Source: a virus (taxonomy: Duplodnaviria; Caudoviricetes). From it: a DNA stretch of 35,181 nt. Position 1 is the first letter of the stretch. Each line of letters opens with the position of its first letter. The stretch is from positions 1-35,181 of IMG/VR virus record IMGVR_UViG_3300005263_000008; one strand, 5' to 3'. The translations under genes were made by a program, and so were the position numbers. The notes under the pieces are model-generated. The model was not told where the DNA came from, searched no databases, and worked only from the letters and a program-made list of their open reading frames with translations. Of the stretch, positions 34,670-35,181 are shown one piece after another.

Positions 34670-35106
34670 GCGAGACCAGGAAGTGCAACCCCGCCCGGAT
34701 GGAGTTCTGTCTCCCGATGCTCAACCGGATCCTCGGGAAGTTCTCCGATGGGACCCTCCAGATCGTCTCGGCCGTCGATGGCAGGACGGGCCGCGAGCGG
34801 ATCGCCCAGGGGATCTACCTCCACCAGGCCGTCGATCGAAGGCCGCGGCCGCTCCCCCTGCGGCTCAACTTCTGCCCGTGGTGCGGGGCGGAGCTCGTCG
34901 AGCCTCAAGCGTCCGCGGAACCTCGGGAGCAGACACCCGAGCACTTGCCTCATCCGAGCTGCGCGAGAGGGGCGACCGTGCTCCTAAACCTGCCTGGGTT
35001 CCTGGAAATTGCCCAGGTCGTAAACCCCACCCTTCCGGCCGGGACCATCGAGGTCTGGCAGGACGGGAAGCGCCTCGGCCGAATCGACAACATCGGGCTC
35101 CGTTGA
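34666..35106 (+). CDS. Hypothetical protein with NFCPWCG motif
   Basis: 146 aa; TTG start overlapping the terS stop; GGAGG upstream. Confidence 0.7.
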   Translation: MSETRKCNPARMEFCLPMLNRILGKFSDGTLQIVSAVDGRTGRERIAQGIYLHQAVDRRPRPLPLRLNFCPWCGAELVEPQASAEPREQTPEHLPHPSCARGATVLLNLPGFLEIAQVVNPTLPAGTIEVWQDGKRLGRIDNIGLR

Positions 35107-35123
35107 GCCTGTCCAGGAGCCCT

Positions 35124-35181
35124 ATGCGAGTCCTTCATTTCATAGCCCACCTGTTCAAGCTGAACGAGGGGAAGGTCGAGT
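35124..35181 (+). CDS. 5' fragment of a small hypothetical protein (MRVLHFIAHLFKLNEGKVE..)
   Basis: AGGAG RBS; frame is open to the window end. Confidence 0.6.
   Translation, partial: MRVLHFIAHLFKLNEGKVE

Larger units (their letters stand above)
1..35181. mobile_element. Near-complete temperate siphophage genome (non-integrated form; small gap between window ends)
   Basis: Complete set of packaging, head, tail, lysis, integration, immunity, recombination and replication modules; terS lies at the right end and terL at the left end; no host genes recognised. Confidence 0.93.

Overview
The window is almost a whole genome of a GC-rich temperate siphophage (lambda-like packaging, HK97-fold capsid, long non-contractile tail), most likely of a diderm host. 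The sequence is broken inside a small accessory cluster between terS and terL. Order: accessory genes, GpA-type terL, lysis cassette, gpW-like/portal/protease-capsid fusion, neck and tail genes (with a -1 frameshift chaperone), tape measure, tail tip, holin-like gene, SGNH fibre-like gene, BamE-like lipoprotein, apparently intact attP, tyrosine integrase, repressor and Cox/Xis-like switch, Gp157-Sak4-SSB module, small early genes, P4-alpha-like primase-helicase followed by an iteron origin, VRR-NUC, HTH, gpZ-like gene, cos-like site, terS. The most unusual observations are: (i) a spanin-position protein with an N-terminal TM helix, coiled coil and a C-terminal four-beta-strand/beta-signal end but no Rz1 partner; (ii) a fibre/esterase-like protein with a Sec-type signal peptide; (iii) two identically built palindrome+GACCCT putative late promoters bracketing the lysis cassette; (iv) 10-bp-phased repeat arrays shared by the switch and attP; (v) cassette-like accessory genes with TGTCCA junctions splitting the terminase genes. 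All protein assignments come from motif recognition and gene order, not from database searches.
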